Below, piece after piece: positions 13,141 to 47,832 of a DNA stretch of 64,000 nucleotides. Positions within the stretch are counted from its first letter, which is position 1. Each line of letters begins with the position of its first letter. The DNA comes from Chrysomallon squamiferum. Taxonomy: Eukaryota; Animalia; Mollusca. The notes under the pieces were generated by a model. That model was given only the letters and a program-made list of their open reading frames with translations. It did no database searches and was not told where the DNA came from. Position numbers and translations under genes: made by a program. Location of the stretch: contig CM022669.1 of the NCBI GenBank assembly GCA_012295275.1, positions 18,972,001-19,036,000 of the forward strand, given 5' to 3'.

Positions 13141-16100
13141 CATCATCATCATCGTTATTATTATTATTATTATTATATTATTATTATTATTATTATTATC
13201 ATCATCATCATCATCATTTTGATGCCATTAAATTTAACATTAAGCTAGCCAGTGTGTCGTGGATATTAACTTGATAATATTCATAAATACAAAGGTCACG
13301 AAGCCATAAATCTCAATGGGCTCGTACGACTAAAAATATCTTGAGAAACCACACATGGCTGTTGACGTTGCTGTAAAAACAGCACAGCAGAGCATGCTAA
13401 AATTAGTGCATGAACCAATTACGAAAGATTTGGACCGTCTGCTTGACGTTATTCCGAAATAAGGTTTACTAAACAAAATGGAAACAAAAGTGTTGAACAT
13501 GATGTATTTACAAATGAATCATTGAGAAAAAAGACGAAAGAAAACTGTTATTTACTGATGAATGTAAAAGAGAAAAAAAAATATATTTTGGATTAACATG
13601 CAGCATCAATTCAGCAGCAAATATTTGTCGGCCATTAAGGCCTCATAGTATATCTACGTATATTAAAGGCTGTAAATAAAATATGTATAATAATAATATG
13701 TAGTTTATATAATCTCATAACAGGTTATATTTTTTATTATTTTTTTATTTTTTTTTTTTTAAAGCATAATTCTTATAAAAAATTATTCATCTATTTTCTA
13801 TTTGCCTTCAAAAACACTTTAAAAAAAAAAAAAAAAAAACAGAAATTTTCAATTTGGTCAAATCTAGTTTGTCATTCTTTCTGCTTATTCTGTTCAAAAA
13901 GAAAAAAAAAAGGAAAGACAGCCTTGAGAAATTCGAAAACTTATCATGTTTTAATTTTTTTCATTTCCAAGGTTTTACTTTTTTTCATTTTTGTTCTATA
14001 AATATCTAGACAGTAAACATTTCACAAAGAAATCAAGGAACAGTTTTATCCGATTTGTCAAATTCTGAATGAAGTAAACATCCAAGTTCTTTCATATTAT
14101 ATGAATTCTCCATCTAATATTTCTACAAGTATTTAACAAATATTTATTTTTTTAAAGAAAGAAAATAAAAAGTCTCAGTATATTAAAATTTATGTTCATT
14201 CACACTGTATACAAAATATTTTTTTATTATTTTTTTTTAAATGAAAAGAAACAAAAAGAAGAAAAATTGCAAAATTATTAAAGTTTACATTCTGCTTGAA
14301 ATTCGTAATAAACCACTCCTGAATCACATAATGAAACTACTTAAAGTTTTGTTAATATTTCACGGCAAACAACTATAAGACCCTCAGGAAATTTTAATTT
14401 GATATATTACTGGTGAAATCAGAAAGCAAGCAATGAGAATGTGATACAGCTCACACTGAACACTTTTTCAATATTTTAATTTACACGTTTCTACGTACAG
14501 ATCTTTTTATTACAGTCTTTTTCACTCTGACTAACAGCCATGTTATCATTAATTTTCTTAATTTAATTTAAAAACAGTCTTTGTTTGTATATGTGATACT
14601 ACTGCTGAAGGATACTTTCAAGAAAATCATTACAGGATATTAAAATAATTTTTATATGAAAAACACCCTGAAGGAAATTTTTTATTAACATATTTTTTTT
14701 TTCCTTTGATTAAATATATTATTTATTATTATTATTATTTATATTATAATTTTTTTTTTTTTTTTTTTTTTCATTCAAATCTGTTTAAACACAAACAAAA
14801 AATCATATAGCTAATAATTAGATGTGTCTAATGTGTTTTATTTTATTTAATATAAAAAAAAAATTCTGACTCATCTTTATTGGAATTTTTGTACAAGCAA
14901 GGAACACACACATTAATACGATAACAAACAATGGCAGTGTGCTAATGAATCACAGATAAAATTAATGTACAAGCTTATATAATATTTATAGTTTAATTTT
15001 GAAAAAATAAAGGAAACAAGAAAAAAAAAAAAATAATAATTAAAAAAAAGCCCAAAGAGAAACACAAAAAAACTGAAATAACAAACAACTGAAAACCCTA
15101 AAATATTTCAAAACAGAATTTAATAAAAAAAATAAAAAAATAAAGTAATAAATAAATAAAATATTAACAATTTAAAAAAATACTAAAAAATACTAAAACC
15201 AGTAAACAGCTCTTGAAGATTTTTGATAGAAATTAATATGTACTTTAAAATAAAAGAATATACAAATTTAACAACATAAAGCAAATATAAGAAAAGAAAG
15301 AAAAAAATTGGAAAAATAACTGAATGAAATGATAAAATCTTTTTTATTAAAAATATTAATCAAGTGAAAAACCAAACAAAAACATATAATAAAATGTTGC
15401 TTACTTTTCCTTTTTTTAAAAATTAATTAATTTAATTAACCAAACACCTGACAGTTTTTTTTTTCTTTCTTTCTTTCTTTTTCTTTTTTTTTTTTTTTTT
15501 TTTTTTAATTATTTATTTTTATTCTTTTTTTATTTTAATGTTTATTATTAAAGTATACTTTAATATATGTATATATATAAAAAATCTGCAAAGATGTACA
15601 TAAGCCAACAATTACCTTCATGCATCATCATAAACTTGTTTTATTAAACTTCATTATTGGTAAAGACTGGTTGCATGAACAATATCTAGGAATTTTACAA
15701 ACAGTATATAAGAAATACTAAATCATTCCTGCCTATTCTCAGTGCAGAATTATGTTTCTGTAACTTTAGTATCTCAATGTTTAACCTTAAAAATGTATGC
15801 TGATGGATTACTGCAAACATACAAAACTTTATAACTTACTGATTTTGATATTAAATGTTAGACTGAAGGAGTTAAATGAAATAAAATCTCTAATACTATT
15901 AATAGAGCATTAAATATGTAAAATCTTTTAAGTTATCAATTAAATAGATGATTAAGAAAAAAAGACACCAAACACACACAACAAATTACTGTTCATTTAA
16001 AACAAAAAATTATTTAAATGGTATTGTAAATCACTAACATTCTTTGCTAGCTTTTTTTTTTACCTCCTTGTTCTCATTTTATCATATTTCATTTATTATC

Positions 16101-17020
16101 TACTGTTGTAATTATTATCCTATTGCATGATTTAGACAACCAGAAGAAAGACTGAGAGGAAACCAGAATTATACATTTTTATTAATAAATATTTTCTTTC
16201 TGCTATGAAGGCGCATAAATAGAAGAATTTCAATTGTTCTTTTCTTTTTCTCTATTTTTATTATTTTTCTTTAAAATGTTAACTTTGCAATATATTTTCT
16301 GCCTGTATCAATATATTATATTGCAGTGAATACTCATTTATTAATTAATTATATGTAATTCTTTATTTCCAAAAAATAATAATGACAATTAAACATTCTA
16401 AAACATTTGTCACTTACTAAAAATGTGATTATTTTTTTTGCAAATATTATAACAAGTACATATTGAAGTGAAGTATGTTGTTAAATTTTTCAACTGGCTT
16501 AACTGTTTTTGTTTTGAACAAAAATTCTTTACTATACATTCCAGTATAATATATAAATTCAAAAATATTTTTCTTTTTCACTAATGTAATGCTATTAAAG
16601 ACAGTCAAGCCTCCTTTATAATTCACTCCAAGAAATAATCAAATAAAAATATAATTTTAAAAATAAAATATATTGCCAGAATTTGGCAAACTACAATATT
16701 AAAATGTTCAAAATCAATATAATAACAAAAAACAAAAAAAATAAAATAACAATAATAATAATAATAATGACACAAAATAAAACACATTTGTAAAAACTAC
16801 TTCTACCATTTTTTAAAATGGCTTGGCACACCTGTGTTATTTACATTTGTTACATTTTCTTAAATTTTACTATTTACATATTGTACAATCAGGGCGTCTG
16901 TTTGTTGCTTTGTTTTTTAGAAAAGAAAAAAAAAAAAAAAAAAAAAAAGAAAGAAAGAAAAAGACAACACCAATCTTATTTTATAATTTAAAAGAAACAC
17001 AGAGTTTTCCAGTTACATTT

Positions 17021-24292
<7,272 letters not shown>

Positions 24293-25267
24293 TTGGTACA
24301 AATGCAATAAAAACGACTATTCCATATGTCATGTTTGATAAAATAACCAAATGTTTTGCATATTTTTTTCCCTGACTAACTGTCGAAAGATTTACAACAC
24401 CTCCTACTTCCGGGACGATAATCACCATTGTTTATCTGGTCTCACACCATAATTACTTTTTTCATCGGAACGATACATACATATTATTTGAAAACATATA
24501 TCATGAGCAACCTTCTAGTGTATAAAAGATCTGATTTCAAGCAAGTTTCTTTTCTACTTAGTTCTTTTCCTATTCTGATGTAATACATGGAGCTGGCTTA
24601 ATTAAAGGGTGTTTTCTTAAGATCTAATGGTTATTAGGAACAAATCTCTTAGTCTAATATCTATATATAGAGACAGACAAGACAGGTATATATATATCTC
24701 TTTTCTATAACTATTGTAAAAATACAAAAGATATTTAATAACTTGTGAAGCAGAAGTTGGAAGTTATATCCTTAGCATTAAAAATAAAAAGCTGATGATC
24801 AATAACAATTAATATTAAAATGTAACATCATTAAATGATTTACTCCACATTCTATCTACAGTAAGTTGATAATTATAAAAAGAAATAACAAATACCAGTT
24901 TGAACAACAACATTTATTGGTACACTCTTAATTTTTTAAGGAAACATTGTTAATTAACTTAACTAAAAAGAGTAACTTAAAAACAAAAGTATCATACTAA
25001 AAAATACATAGACAAAAAAAGATAAACATAACAATCCATGTAAATGTAATTAATTTTGGAAAAATGAAGAAAAATACGAATACAATAATATCACAGTGGG
25101 GTGTAGATGAAAATAAAAAAATAAAAAGTACAAAACTGGACAATACAATCCACAAACAAAAAGTGTAAGTTGGCATTAAAATGTAAAAGACAGTATACAT
25201 TTATCAACATGAGTTACAAAAATGACTGTTTATTTATAATGGACAAGTTATACTCCTGGGTTCTGAA

Positions 25268-25323
<56 letters not shown>

Positions 25324-27863
25324 CATTTTTATTAACTTTTTTTATCATTATCATTACCATCATCATTATCATTGTTATCATTATCATTATTATCACTATT
25401 ATTATTTATCTCTGCATCAGTGGGCTTGCCAGAGCAATGATGGATTCCATGATTTATCTTCTTTATGCATTAACAAGCTAGTTCCCATTCCACCTAGGCT
25501 CCGTAACTGAATATCAAAGACTAGTTTTCTTTGAGAACATGCATATGTACATAAAAATTTCTATAACTAACAGTCAAAGCCCACAAAGCATCAATGTTAT
25601 ATTTCTTCTGTAATAGTTATTATACAAAAATCAATATTTTTAACATATAGGCATAAACATTAAAATATTAAAATGTCCAAATAAACAAACATTCATACAT
25701 ATTAACGTGACTGATGAAAATGTCAAAAGAAACATTTTTTTTTTTTTCACAGTCATTAATTTTATTAAGCGAAACAAGTAATAAATAATAAAAACTGGAC
25801 TTTCTTGTGATAAATAATAAATTATTTTAAAAAATCAGGTAATAAAAGATCAAATCACTAGACATAAGGGACAAAATATACCCATTATACTTGAGGTATA
25901 AATTTATAAAATGTATGTTACATAAGCAAAATATTATAATGAGAGATCTCCTTGGTAAAGGGTCGTGTTTTTATAATGATACAGTATAAATGTTTATTTC
26001 TATACTATTTATTTGTTGTTAGTGTTAGCATAAATAAATAAATAAATAAATAAATATATAAATAAATAAATTAATTAATTAATTAATTAATATACATCAC
26101 ACACAAAAAATTGCATATACAAGAAGCATAAACAAAAATAATAACAATAAAATGGACAATTCTATAACATCTGTTTACATTTTTATGGAGGTTTTACTTA
26201 AGTACTGTTTTAAAATCACCAAAACAGATCTGTTTACTCATATAAACATGAGGATAAAGGGTGAATACAAAAACAAACAACTGACACAAAACAATTATTT
26301 TTACTAAAAGAATTTTTGATTCTTGGCTTTGGATACCTGTTATAAAATTTATTTGGCACATTTTCTATAAAAACAATGAATAAGTATTTTTATTTGGATA
26401 TTTATAAAAAAAAAACAAAAAAAAAACAATCCAAAATCCATTAAAATAATGTAATATTTTGCAGCATGTAGAATTTCAGCAAGAGACCTTAAAGTATGAA
26501 ATGGATCATTTTTCCTACTTAACGGAACCCAACGAATCAATTCAGAAATTCATAGAAATCTAATAAAATATTTCAAATACTTATTTCAAAATCATAATTA
26601 TTTGAATGGGTTGTAAGTAAAACGTCATCCTCTATTTCACAAAGACAGCAATTCTCCATTCTGTCGTTAACTCTGCATTCCACAAATGGCAGCACTTGTG
26701 CATTCATTTTATACTCTGTACCACATTTAATATACACTCAACAGAGGGATAAGGAAATAATTAAATACAAAATACAAATCTTAATATAAATGAACTATGT
26801 CATGTTTTATAGACAAATACAGAAAGCAAAATAGTCTCATTCATACTTTAAAGTCAGTTTCTGGAATTCTACAAAAAAAGATTTAGTTGTCGGTGAGGTT
26901 TTAAAATTCTCGCAAGTTTGTTTTGTTTATATATATATATATATAATTTTTTTTATTATTATTATTTTTTTTTTAAGGCCATATCTTTTTAACTGTTCAT
27001 TTTATTTAATTAAACTCTCTAAAATTTAAATATGAATAAAATATTTTATTGTTAAAATCATCATACTCAATGATTTTTTAAAACCATTTTTTTAATTTAA
27101 ATCCTTAAGAAAGAAAACAAAGAAAAAAGATACTGTAACTCTTGTTTAAAACTTATTCTATAGATAACCATAATGCCTTTCATAATGATTCTGTCAAACA
27201 GTGGAATAACCTAAATATTACAAGATATATTTTTTCATTTTATAGATACAACATTATGCCTTTGTTTAACATTATAAAATAACAATAATTATTTTATTTA
27301 TACTTTGAGTTAAAATTTAGCAATTTTTTTATTTTTAATTTTTATGAAGATTTATTTATTTTTAAAGATAAATATGGATGTTTTGTCATTTTTATTTTTT
27401 ATTATTTTTTTTTTTTCCCTCTCTACTGGTTAGCAGCATTATTTAAGATTTTTATTTATAAATTTAGTATTTTTTAAATTAGTCTTACTAAGGCCACATC
27501 TAGTCTAATTCCAAATATTCATTGGACTTAATAAAATAACAAAACTATAATTTTAAAATAAAACCAAATTAATTTGATTTATCCATGTCCATGTAACCAA
27601 TTTATCTACGATTTAGTTCCTACATTTGATGTTTAAACATTGATTTTTTTAATTTTTGAATCTTTGACATTTCTTAATATATAATACTTTGATTAACAAT
27701 TAGTGAAAAAGATTACTCAGTTCAGATATAATTCCACAATGATGTTTCATTTTAAAGAACTTCACTTTACTGATTAACATTTTTCAAATGGAATAATACT
27801 TGTTAACCTTTTTGTTTCTTGAATTATTTTGATTAATTTCTGTCCGTATTATTAATTTCCGGC

Positions 27864-40548
<12,685 letters not shown>

Positions 40549-40865
40549 CTTAATATGTATGCCTGTTCTTTCTTCTTAATTAACTAATAACTGCTATTTT
40601 TGACCATGAGTGTTTGTCTGAAAGAGAAATTATTTCAGTAATTTTAATATAACAACTTTTAAAATTATATATTAGAGAGCGAGAGAGATGTCACAATCCA
40701 ATAATCATTTTATCATAATCATATAATGATAAATCATCATAATCATGATGATGTGATTTGATAAATGGAAGCGAACATGTGGTTTAAATCTGTAAAATAA
40801 CGTAAGTGAAAACAATTATTTTTTAAATTAAAAGTGTTTACAAATATTACACTTAATGACTTCTC

Positions 40866-40922
<57 letters not shown>

Positions 40923-41095
40923 TAGTTTTTCTTTCTTTCTTTCTTTAATTATTATTATTTTTGTTTATTTATTTAATAATTAAGAAAATACATTTTATGT
41001 AGTACTGATATAATCTTTGCTTTTTCTACATACTGACCCTGAATTGCTATCCAATCATCTTTTCGTTCAATCAAGAACACAATTTACAAACTAAC

Positions 41096-41226
41096 CGAGT
41101 TCACGTCAAAATCTCCCCAGCGCTCAGTTGCTTCGGCCATTACTATTTCTCTCGTTTAATTTCCTTCTTTTTCTTTGGAGTAACTGTGCTTCGTTTAATT
41201 ATCTCCCTTTTGAACCAGATTGAATC
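41096..41226. promoter_or_regulatory. Compact bidirectional promoter region shared by the KIAA0825-like and FAD-oxidoreductase genes
   Basis: Minus-strand donor TCG|GTTAGT at ~41096 pairs with an acceptor at 40617. Plus-strand ATG at 41227. The patch is CpG-richer than its surroundings. Confidence 0.6.
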
Positions 41227-44200
41227 ATGGAGGTGGTTGACGTTGCTGTTATAGGAGGGGGTGTCGTTGGGTGTGCAGTTTTGTTTGAGCTCACATCATC
41301 CGGATACAACTGCATATTGCTGGAAAAAAATGAACATCTTGTATCCGAAGCCAGTGCAGGAAATAGGTGACAGTGTGCATTCGAATTAATTTTTTATTTT
41401 TATTTTTTAATTATTCTTTAATTTTTATTAACACCTTTAAGTGTAACCTTTTCTAAAAAAAAAAAAAAAAAAATAACATGTTGTATGATTGTATAAAATA
41501 GTAAATTAAGTAGATAATGGAATACCTAAGTTTAAATATTTTTTATTAATAATAATAATAATAATAATACATTTTTAATAATATTATTATATTAATATTT
41601 TATTTATTTTTATTATTAATATTTTTATTTTATTTATTTTTAATTTTTAATTTTACCCATTAGGTTTATATGTATAATAATCTATTTGGTAACCTTAATA
41701 TTTTACAAAATTTGAAAGGGAATTGTTTGTACTGAATTTTCTCTTTATTTACTTAGAGGAAGAAGTAGAGGCAGTTTGACCTTGTTCTAAAGTAAACAAA
41801 TTGTGCTGAAAAGACATTTTCTGGCATTAAAGAGTGATTCAGCACTCACAATTGTTCTGCATTTGAATAAAGTTTAGCAGAAAAATTAACTATGTCTAAT
41901 TAAAAAAAAATATATATTCCTGAATGTCTTTCTTTTAAATTTAAATATAATAAGAAATGAGGTGTAGATTTTGTTATCAGAGAATCTGTTAATATGTGAA
42001 ATTCATTGTAAATGTGTCCCAATTCTATACCAGTCAATAAACTTTCTGTTTACACTGACACACATTTTTATCTTGACTAGCTTCTTGTCATGTTATTCTG
42101 CACGTAAAACTGTATAATTTATAAATACACAGAAATTTAATATTTTATTCAGGAACATTAATTTTAAGGGTTTTTGACTACATGTACTTTAACATATAAT
42201 TAAAGGTGTTATAACTTTAATACTTTGCATAGAAAGTGTGTGTCTGTGTTAGTTTGTGTGTGTGTGTGTGAGTGCATGCATACATGTGTGTGTGTCTGTA
42301 TGTGTGTGTGCATGTAGTCTGCGTGTGTCTGTGTGTGTGTGTGTGCATGTAGTCTGCGTGTGTCTGTGTGGTGCATATATGCATGCATGTGTGTGTGTAT
42401 GCATGTATGTATGTATGTGCGTGTGTGTGTATTTGTGTATGTATGAGTATGTGTGTGTGTGCATGCATGTGTGTGTGTGTGTCAGCTTATGCACTTGCAC
42501 CTTAGATAACTAATATGAATGGATCTATATTTCAAAGTTACATTAATATAATTATAGCAAGAAGCTGCACAAACAGAAAACTTTAGTCACATTAGGCTTA
42601 GCTTTATTCTAGTCTGAATTAAGACTATTATAATCCTCCCACAATTTTCTCAGTGTTAATAGTAATTACATTTTGCACACAGTATAATTTTAGTGTAACT
42701 TCACTTTTGCAAGAGAAAGTTGTAGCTGACTCACTGAGACATGATGGTTCACATGATCATTCTTCTCAAAGTGTATCTATTCAGCTATTTCCCATTCTAA
42801 CAGGTGCTCCAAGACTAATGTTATCAAGAAATATGATGTGTGCTTTCCTGTTTTAAGGGAAATTTCTTATAAAAACTAAAATACCTTACTTCAAACTGAA
42901 AATAAAATAACCTATTCCTTGGTTGCAACAAGATTCTTCTGAGTTCTTGACTGTATGATGATGCTACATAGTATAGATGTAGATTTAAAATGTCTGAAGT
43001 ATGTCCTTAAATAAAATCTTTCTTTCTTTCTCTCCTGCCTTCATTCAGTTTTAGCTTAATTTCAGAATAATTAGCATGTTTTGGGTGTTATTGTTGTTGT
43101 TTTACTTCTCTGTTTATTGTTGCCCTTTTTTATTTTATTTGTTGTTGTCATTATTGTTGATTTTATTGTAGGCTCTTTTGGGGCATAGTGGACTTTTTTA
43201 AAGTAATATTTATTTTTATTTGTTGATATTTTTATATTTTCATTTTTTTTTATAAAGTAGAGCACTAAAGAATAATGTATAAGGTAGTTAAATTTGAGTA
43301 AAAAAACAAACAAATTAAAAATTATAAAATAATAAGAAATAAAAAGAATAAAGAATATTTAAAAAAATGTTTATTGATTTATTTATTTATTTGTTTACAG
43401 TGGCATGCTGCACACTGGGTTTGATGCCCCCATAGGCAGTCTGGAACTGTCTTGTATAAAGGAAAGTCTGAAGAGAATTGTCAGTGTGTTTGAAAAACTT
43501 GGCATTCCTTTTAAACAAATAGGTGCCAACATGGTGGCCTGGGATGATGACGAGGTAATTCTATATTTTAAAAGATATATTTATGTGTAACAAATGAAAG
43601 AATGTTAATTATTTTGTTTGTTTGTTTGTTGTTCATCTTTTTTTTCTTCTTTTTTTTTACATTTAAGAGAAAAACATTATCTGCTGTAATTATGAATTGT
43701 TTTTGGATTCATTTGGTTGTACCAAAACACGATTATATATTTAAAGAATAGTAGAGTTATTTTTCTTAAATTATTAATTAAATGATTATTTTCTGCTTCA
43801 GTAATTTCATTACATTATTAATTATATAAATTAATTTATTTATTTATTTATTTATTTTATTTTATTTTATTTTATTTTATTTTATTTTATTATATTCAAT
43901 TATTTTATTTTAATTTTAATTTTAAATATTTCAATTTTTTTTTACTGTTTTAGGTGCAGCAGTTGTACAACATTCAAAAAGAATCAAAACAAAAAGGTTG
44001 TTCAGATGTGTTCATTTTAACAGCTACACAACTGTTGCAAAATGAACCATTTTTGAATCGCTCAGCAAAAGGAGCCTTGTGGATCCCAGGGGAGACAATT
44101 CTAGATCCTTGGATAGCCTCAATATCATTTGCTCATCATGCCAGATTAAATGGAGCAAAGGTAGGCATTCATTTCATTTCTGTTATTTGATTACATATAA

Positions 44201-44499
44201 ATGAGGTCTGCAGGTACAAGTTATGAATGTATTCCCTTTTCCTTTCTTATTTTATTTTATATAATTTAATTTTTCTTTACATCAAGGTGGCACCCACTTG
44301 TCCGAAAGACTGGATTTTGCCCCTGATTGAAACATTTCACTTTTAAAATTTCTAAAAAACAAATTGAAATTATTTATGAAGATATTTTTAGTTTATATTT
44401 ATATATATTTTTTTTTTTTTTTTTTTTTTTTTTGATGTTGCTATTGCTGCTGTTGTTGCCATTATTAATTTTTATTATTATTATATTTTTTGTTGCTAA

Positions 44500-44547
<48 letters not shown>

Positions 44548-45663
44548 TGTTATTCATTATTATTATTATTGTTATTATTATTATTATTGTTGTTGTTGTT
44601 GTTGTTATTCATTATTATTGTTGTTGTTGTTGTTGTTGTTATCAGTTAAAATTTTAAACAGATACTGACACACTGTGAGGTGTTGTCGTGCAAACGAGAG
44701 TTATTTGATGCGTGGACACTGGAGACTAATCAGGGTAAAATTAACTGCCGAGTTGTTGTCAACTGTGCAGGACTTCAGGGTGACAGGGTTGACAATATGG
44801 CTGGTTACCATGACTTCAGGTAGACACAGAAATGATCATACTGTGATTTCCTTTTAGGATCTTGAAAATTTTGTATTTGCTTCTTATTTAATTATCTATC
44901 TATCTATCTCTCTATCTATCTATCTATATGTATATATGTAAACAGTTATACAGTTATTTGTGTGCTTTTGCTTCTGTCTTATTTGTTATCTTTTTTTTTT
45001 TTTTTTTGTTTTTTAATGGGGTTGCTGGTTAGGGTGTTAGATAAACATTAAGCTATTGATATGTGATACTGAGTTTGTATTTTTCTTATGATGCAGGAAC
45101 ATTTCAGTTTTTTTATTTCATTGATGTTTTTAATTTGATGGTTTTATTTATTTATTTATTTTTTATTTTATTTTTTTATTATAATTATTATTATTGTATA
45201 CTTTTTTTTATTATTATTATGTAATTTTTTTGACCTATGAATGCCACATCCAATTAGTTAATGAACCATTTGAAATACATTAACACATGGAGCACTTAAG
45301 CACATATACTGGATATATTATACAGATAAATGTGATATAAATGTGCCAAACATTAAATATGATCTTTAGAGACAATAATTGTTTTGTTTTCCATTATAAA
45401 CAAAACACACATATATATATATTTTTTTTTTATTATTCTTTTCTTTTTTTTTTCTTCATTTCAGCATTGCTCCCAGAAAAGGTCAGTTTATTGTGTTTGG
45501 TGAAAAAACCAGCAGCCTGATTAATTCCAGTATTCTTCCTGTGCCAAGCATAAAGACAAAAGGAATCATCACATTCAAGACAGGTAACTGGGCCTGGGAG
45601 AATTTCACTAGAATTATGTCACTCACTCACTCACTCACTCACTCACTCACACACACACACACA

Positions 45664-45729
<66 letters not shown>

Positions 45730-46607
45730 GAATACATCTTTTTCTAAAGTTAAATGTGTCACTATAAAAGATATGGCATTCAAACATAGTCACAATGTCA
45801 TAATATGTTGCTAATTAATTAATAATAAAAGACTTCCATCTGTGTTTTAAATTTAAAAAAATATAATAATAATAATAAAAATTTATGACACAATATATTA
45901 TAAATATTTTTTTCAGTTTACAACAATGTTATAACTGGACCTACAGCTGAAGATGTGAGCAGTCGCAGTCTGCCACAACCCGAACCACAGATCAAAGAGA
46001 GGCTGGCAAGGTCAGCCTACAGCACTGTGCCATACCTCGCAGACTACAACATCATCGGGGAGTACACAGGAGTGCGGCCAGCAACAGAGTATAAGGATTA
46101 TCAAATTAGATGTCATTCTGATAGGTTGGTCACTTTAAATAATTTGTCAAAACCAGTCTGTAATAATTATGATGTAAAATATTAGCTAAATTGGAATGAA
46201 ATTTTAAAATAGAAAAGCCAATTATGACATTAATTAAACAAGGTGAAGGATTTTAAAAAAAAAATTTAAATAAAAAAAAAAAAATTCTTTCTTTTTTGAC
46301 AGAAATGTTCAGATCGTTTCAAAATATGTTCAAAAAGATGATGCTTAAATAATTTGTTACTTGCAGGAAGTGGATTACAGTTGGTGGGATAAGATCCACT
46401 GGAGTTTCTGCTTGTCTTGGGATCAGCAGCCATGTTAAGAATCTGGTTCATGACCTTGGCCTTGAACCCAGCAGAGGTGCAAGCTCCCACATTGAGAGAA
46501 TCAACTGGACCATACTGCCTGGGAAAGCCGCCATGCATGATGAATATGTATATCACATGACCCACCCCATTACCAAATATGGCACACAGAAGAATTCAGT
46601 TTTGTAA
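41227..46607 (+). CDS. FAD-dependent oxidoreductase, DAO/GlpA/LhgO family (prokaryotic-type glycerol-3-phosphate dehydrogenase-like)
   Basis: Exons 41227-41366, 43401-43554, 43954-44160, 44662-44819, 45465-45583, 45917-46124, 46367-46607, phases consistent. Rossmann DVAVIGGGVVG, plus ASAGNSGMLHTGFD, VVNCAGLQGD, PRKGQF, GPTAE, GVRPATEYKDY, GGIRSTG. Confidence 0.93.
42235..42482 (+). repeat. Compound (TG)n/(TATG)n low-complexity tract
   Basis: TG-rich, with an internal duplicated GTGCATGTAGTCTGCGTGTGTCTGTGTG. Confidence 0.9.
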
Positions 46608-47798
46608 ATTCTGAATGTTTGTCATTGATGGTGGGTTCAGCAGAAGAGAGATATTTCTTTTTCCTTTTTTTAATTTTGTTTTAATTTAATTTTATTTTAT
46701 TTTTATTTATTTATTTTTTTTTTTTTTTTTTTTTTGTTATATTAATTAATGTGAGAAAGGCTTGTAACACAAAAATTCATTATTGCAAACTAAATTGTTA
46801 ATATTTTGGACAATAGTTCAAGAATCATTTGGGAGTCATTTTTTTTTTTTTCTTTTACTTTTTCTTTTTATTTATTTTATAACTTTTTTTTATTATTAAT
46901 GGGGGTTTTTTGTTGTTGTTTTTTTAATTGATATTTAATTTTGATTTATTGAATTATATATATATATTTTTTTTTATTCTGTATTATTACTATTGATTAG
47001 TGTTATAATATCCAGACTTTTTTTTTTTAAATGTATTTCTTCTTTTATCCCATCAGTTATACACAAATGTTTTTAGACATATTCAGCTGATTTCAACAAG
47101 TGAGTCTGACTCAAACATTTCTTAGTCTCTTGATCCAGGGTGGCACATATATGACAAAATATATCTGAAATGAAAGACAGATCATGCCATAGTCATTGAA
47201 AAAAATAAATCTGAATACATGTTAACTTATTATTGCTCTTTCATACAAATATTTATTACAAGTAACCATGTCAAAATAATCTGTCTCTGATGTTTTTTCA
47301 CCTCATACTAAAGTGAGGTGAAATTTGTATCCACTGAAACAAATAATTAATATTTTTATTACGCTGCAAATGAAAAAGAAACCAAATATGTTGTTATCCA
47401 AAGTATTAGCAATTTATGTTTGAGAAAACTATGTTAAACACACACATGCATGCACACATAAACACAAATTTCTTAATGTGTACCACTAAACTGATATACT
47501 TTGCTTATTTCAAATGGTTAACTGACAGGCTGGATGCTGGCATTCAAAAATATATATATATAAAATTACCTCTAATGTTAAGTTAGTTACTTTCAGTCCA
47601 TGAAAAAATAATAAAACATCCATTATTTCAAGATTATTTCCAGGCTTGGATCTGCAACAATATAGTTTGCTATTCCACATCATTGTTGTCAAAAAAATAT
47701 GGTAACAGATTTCAAAATCAAATCTGTCAGAAAAATAGTCCATAAATATGTGTGGGTGTTTTATTAAAGAATTATGTGTTTGAATAAATTCTATTTTT

Positions 47799-47832
<34 letters not shown>

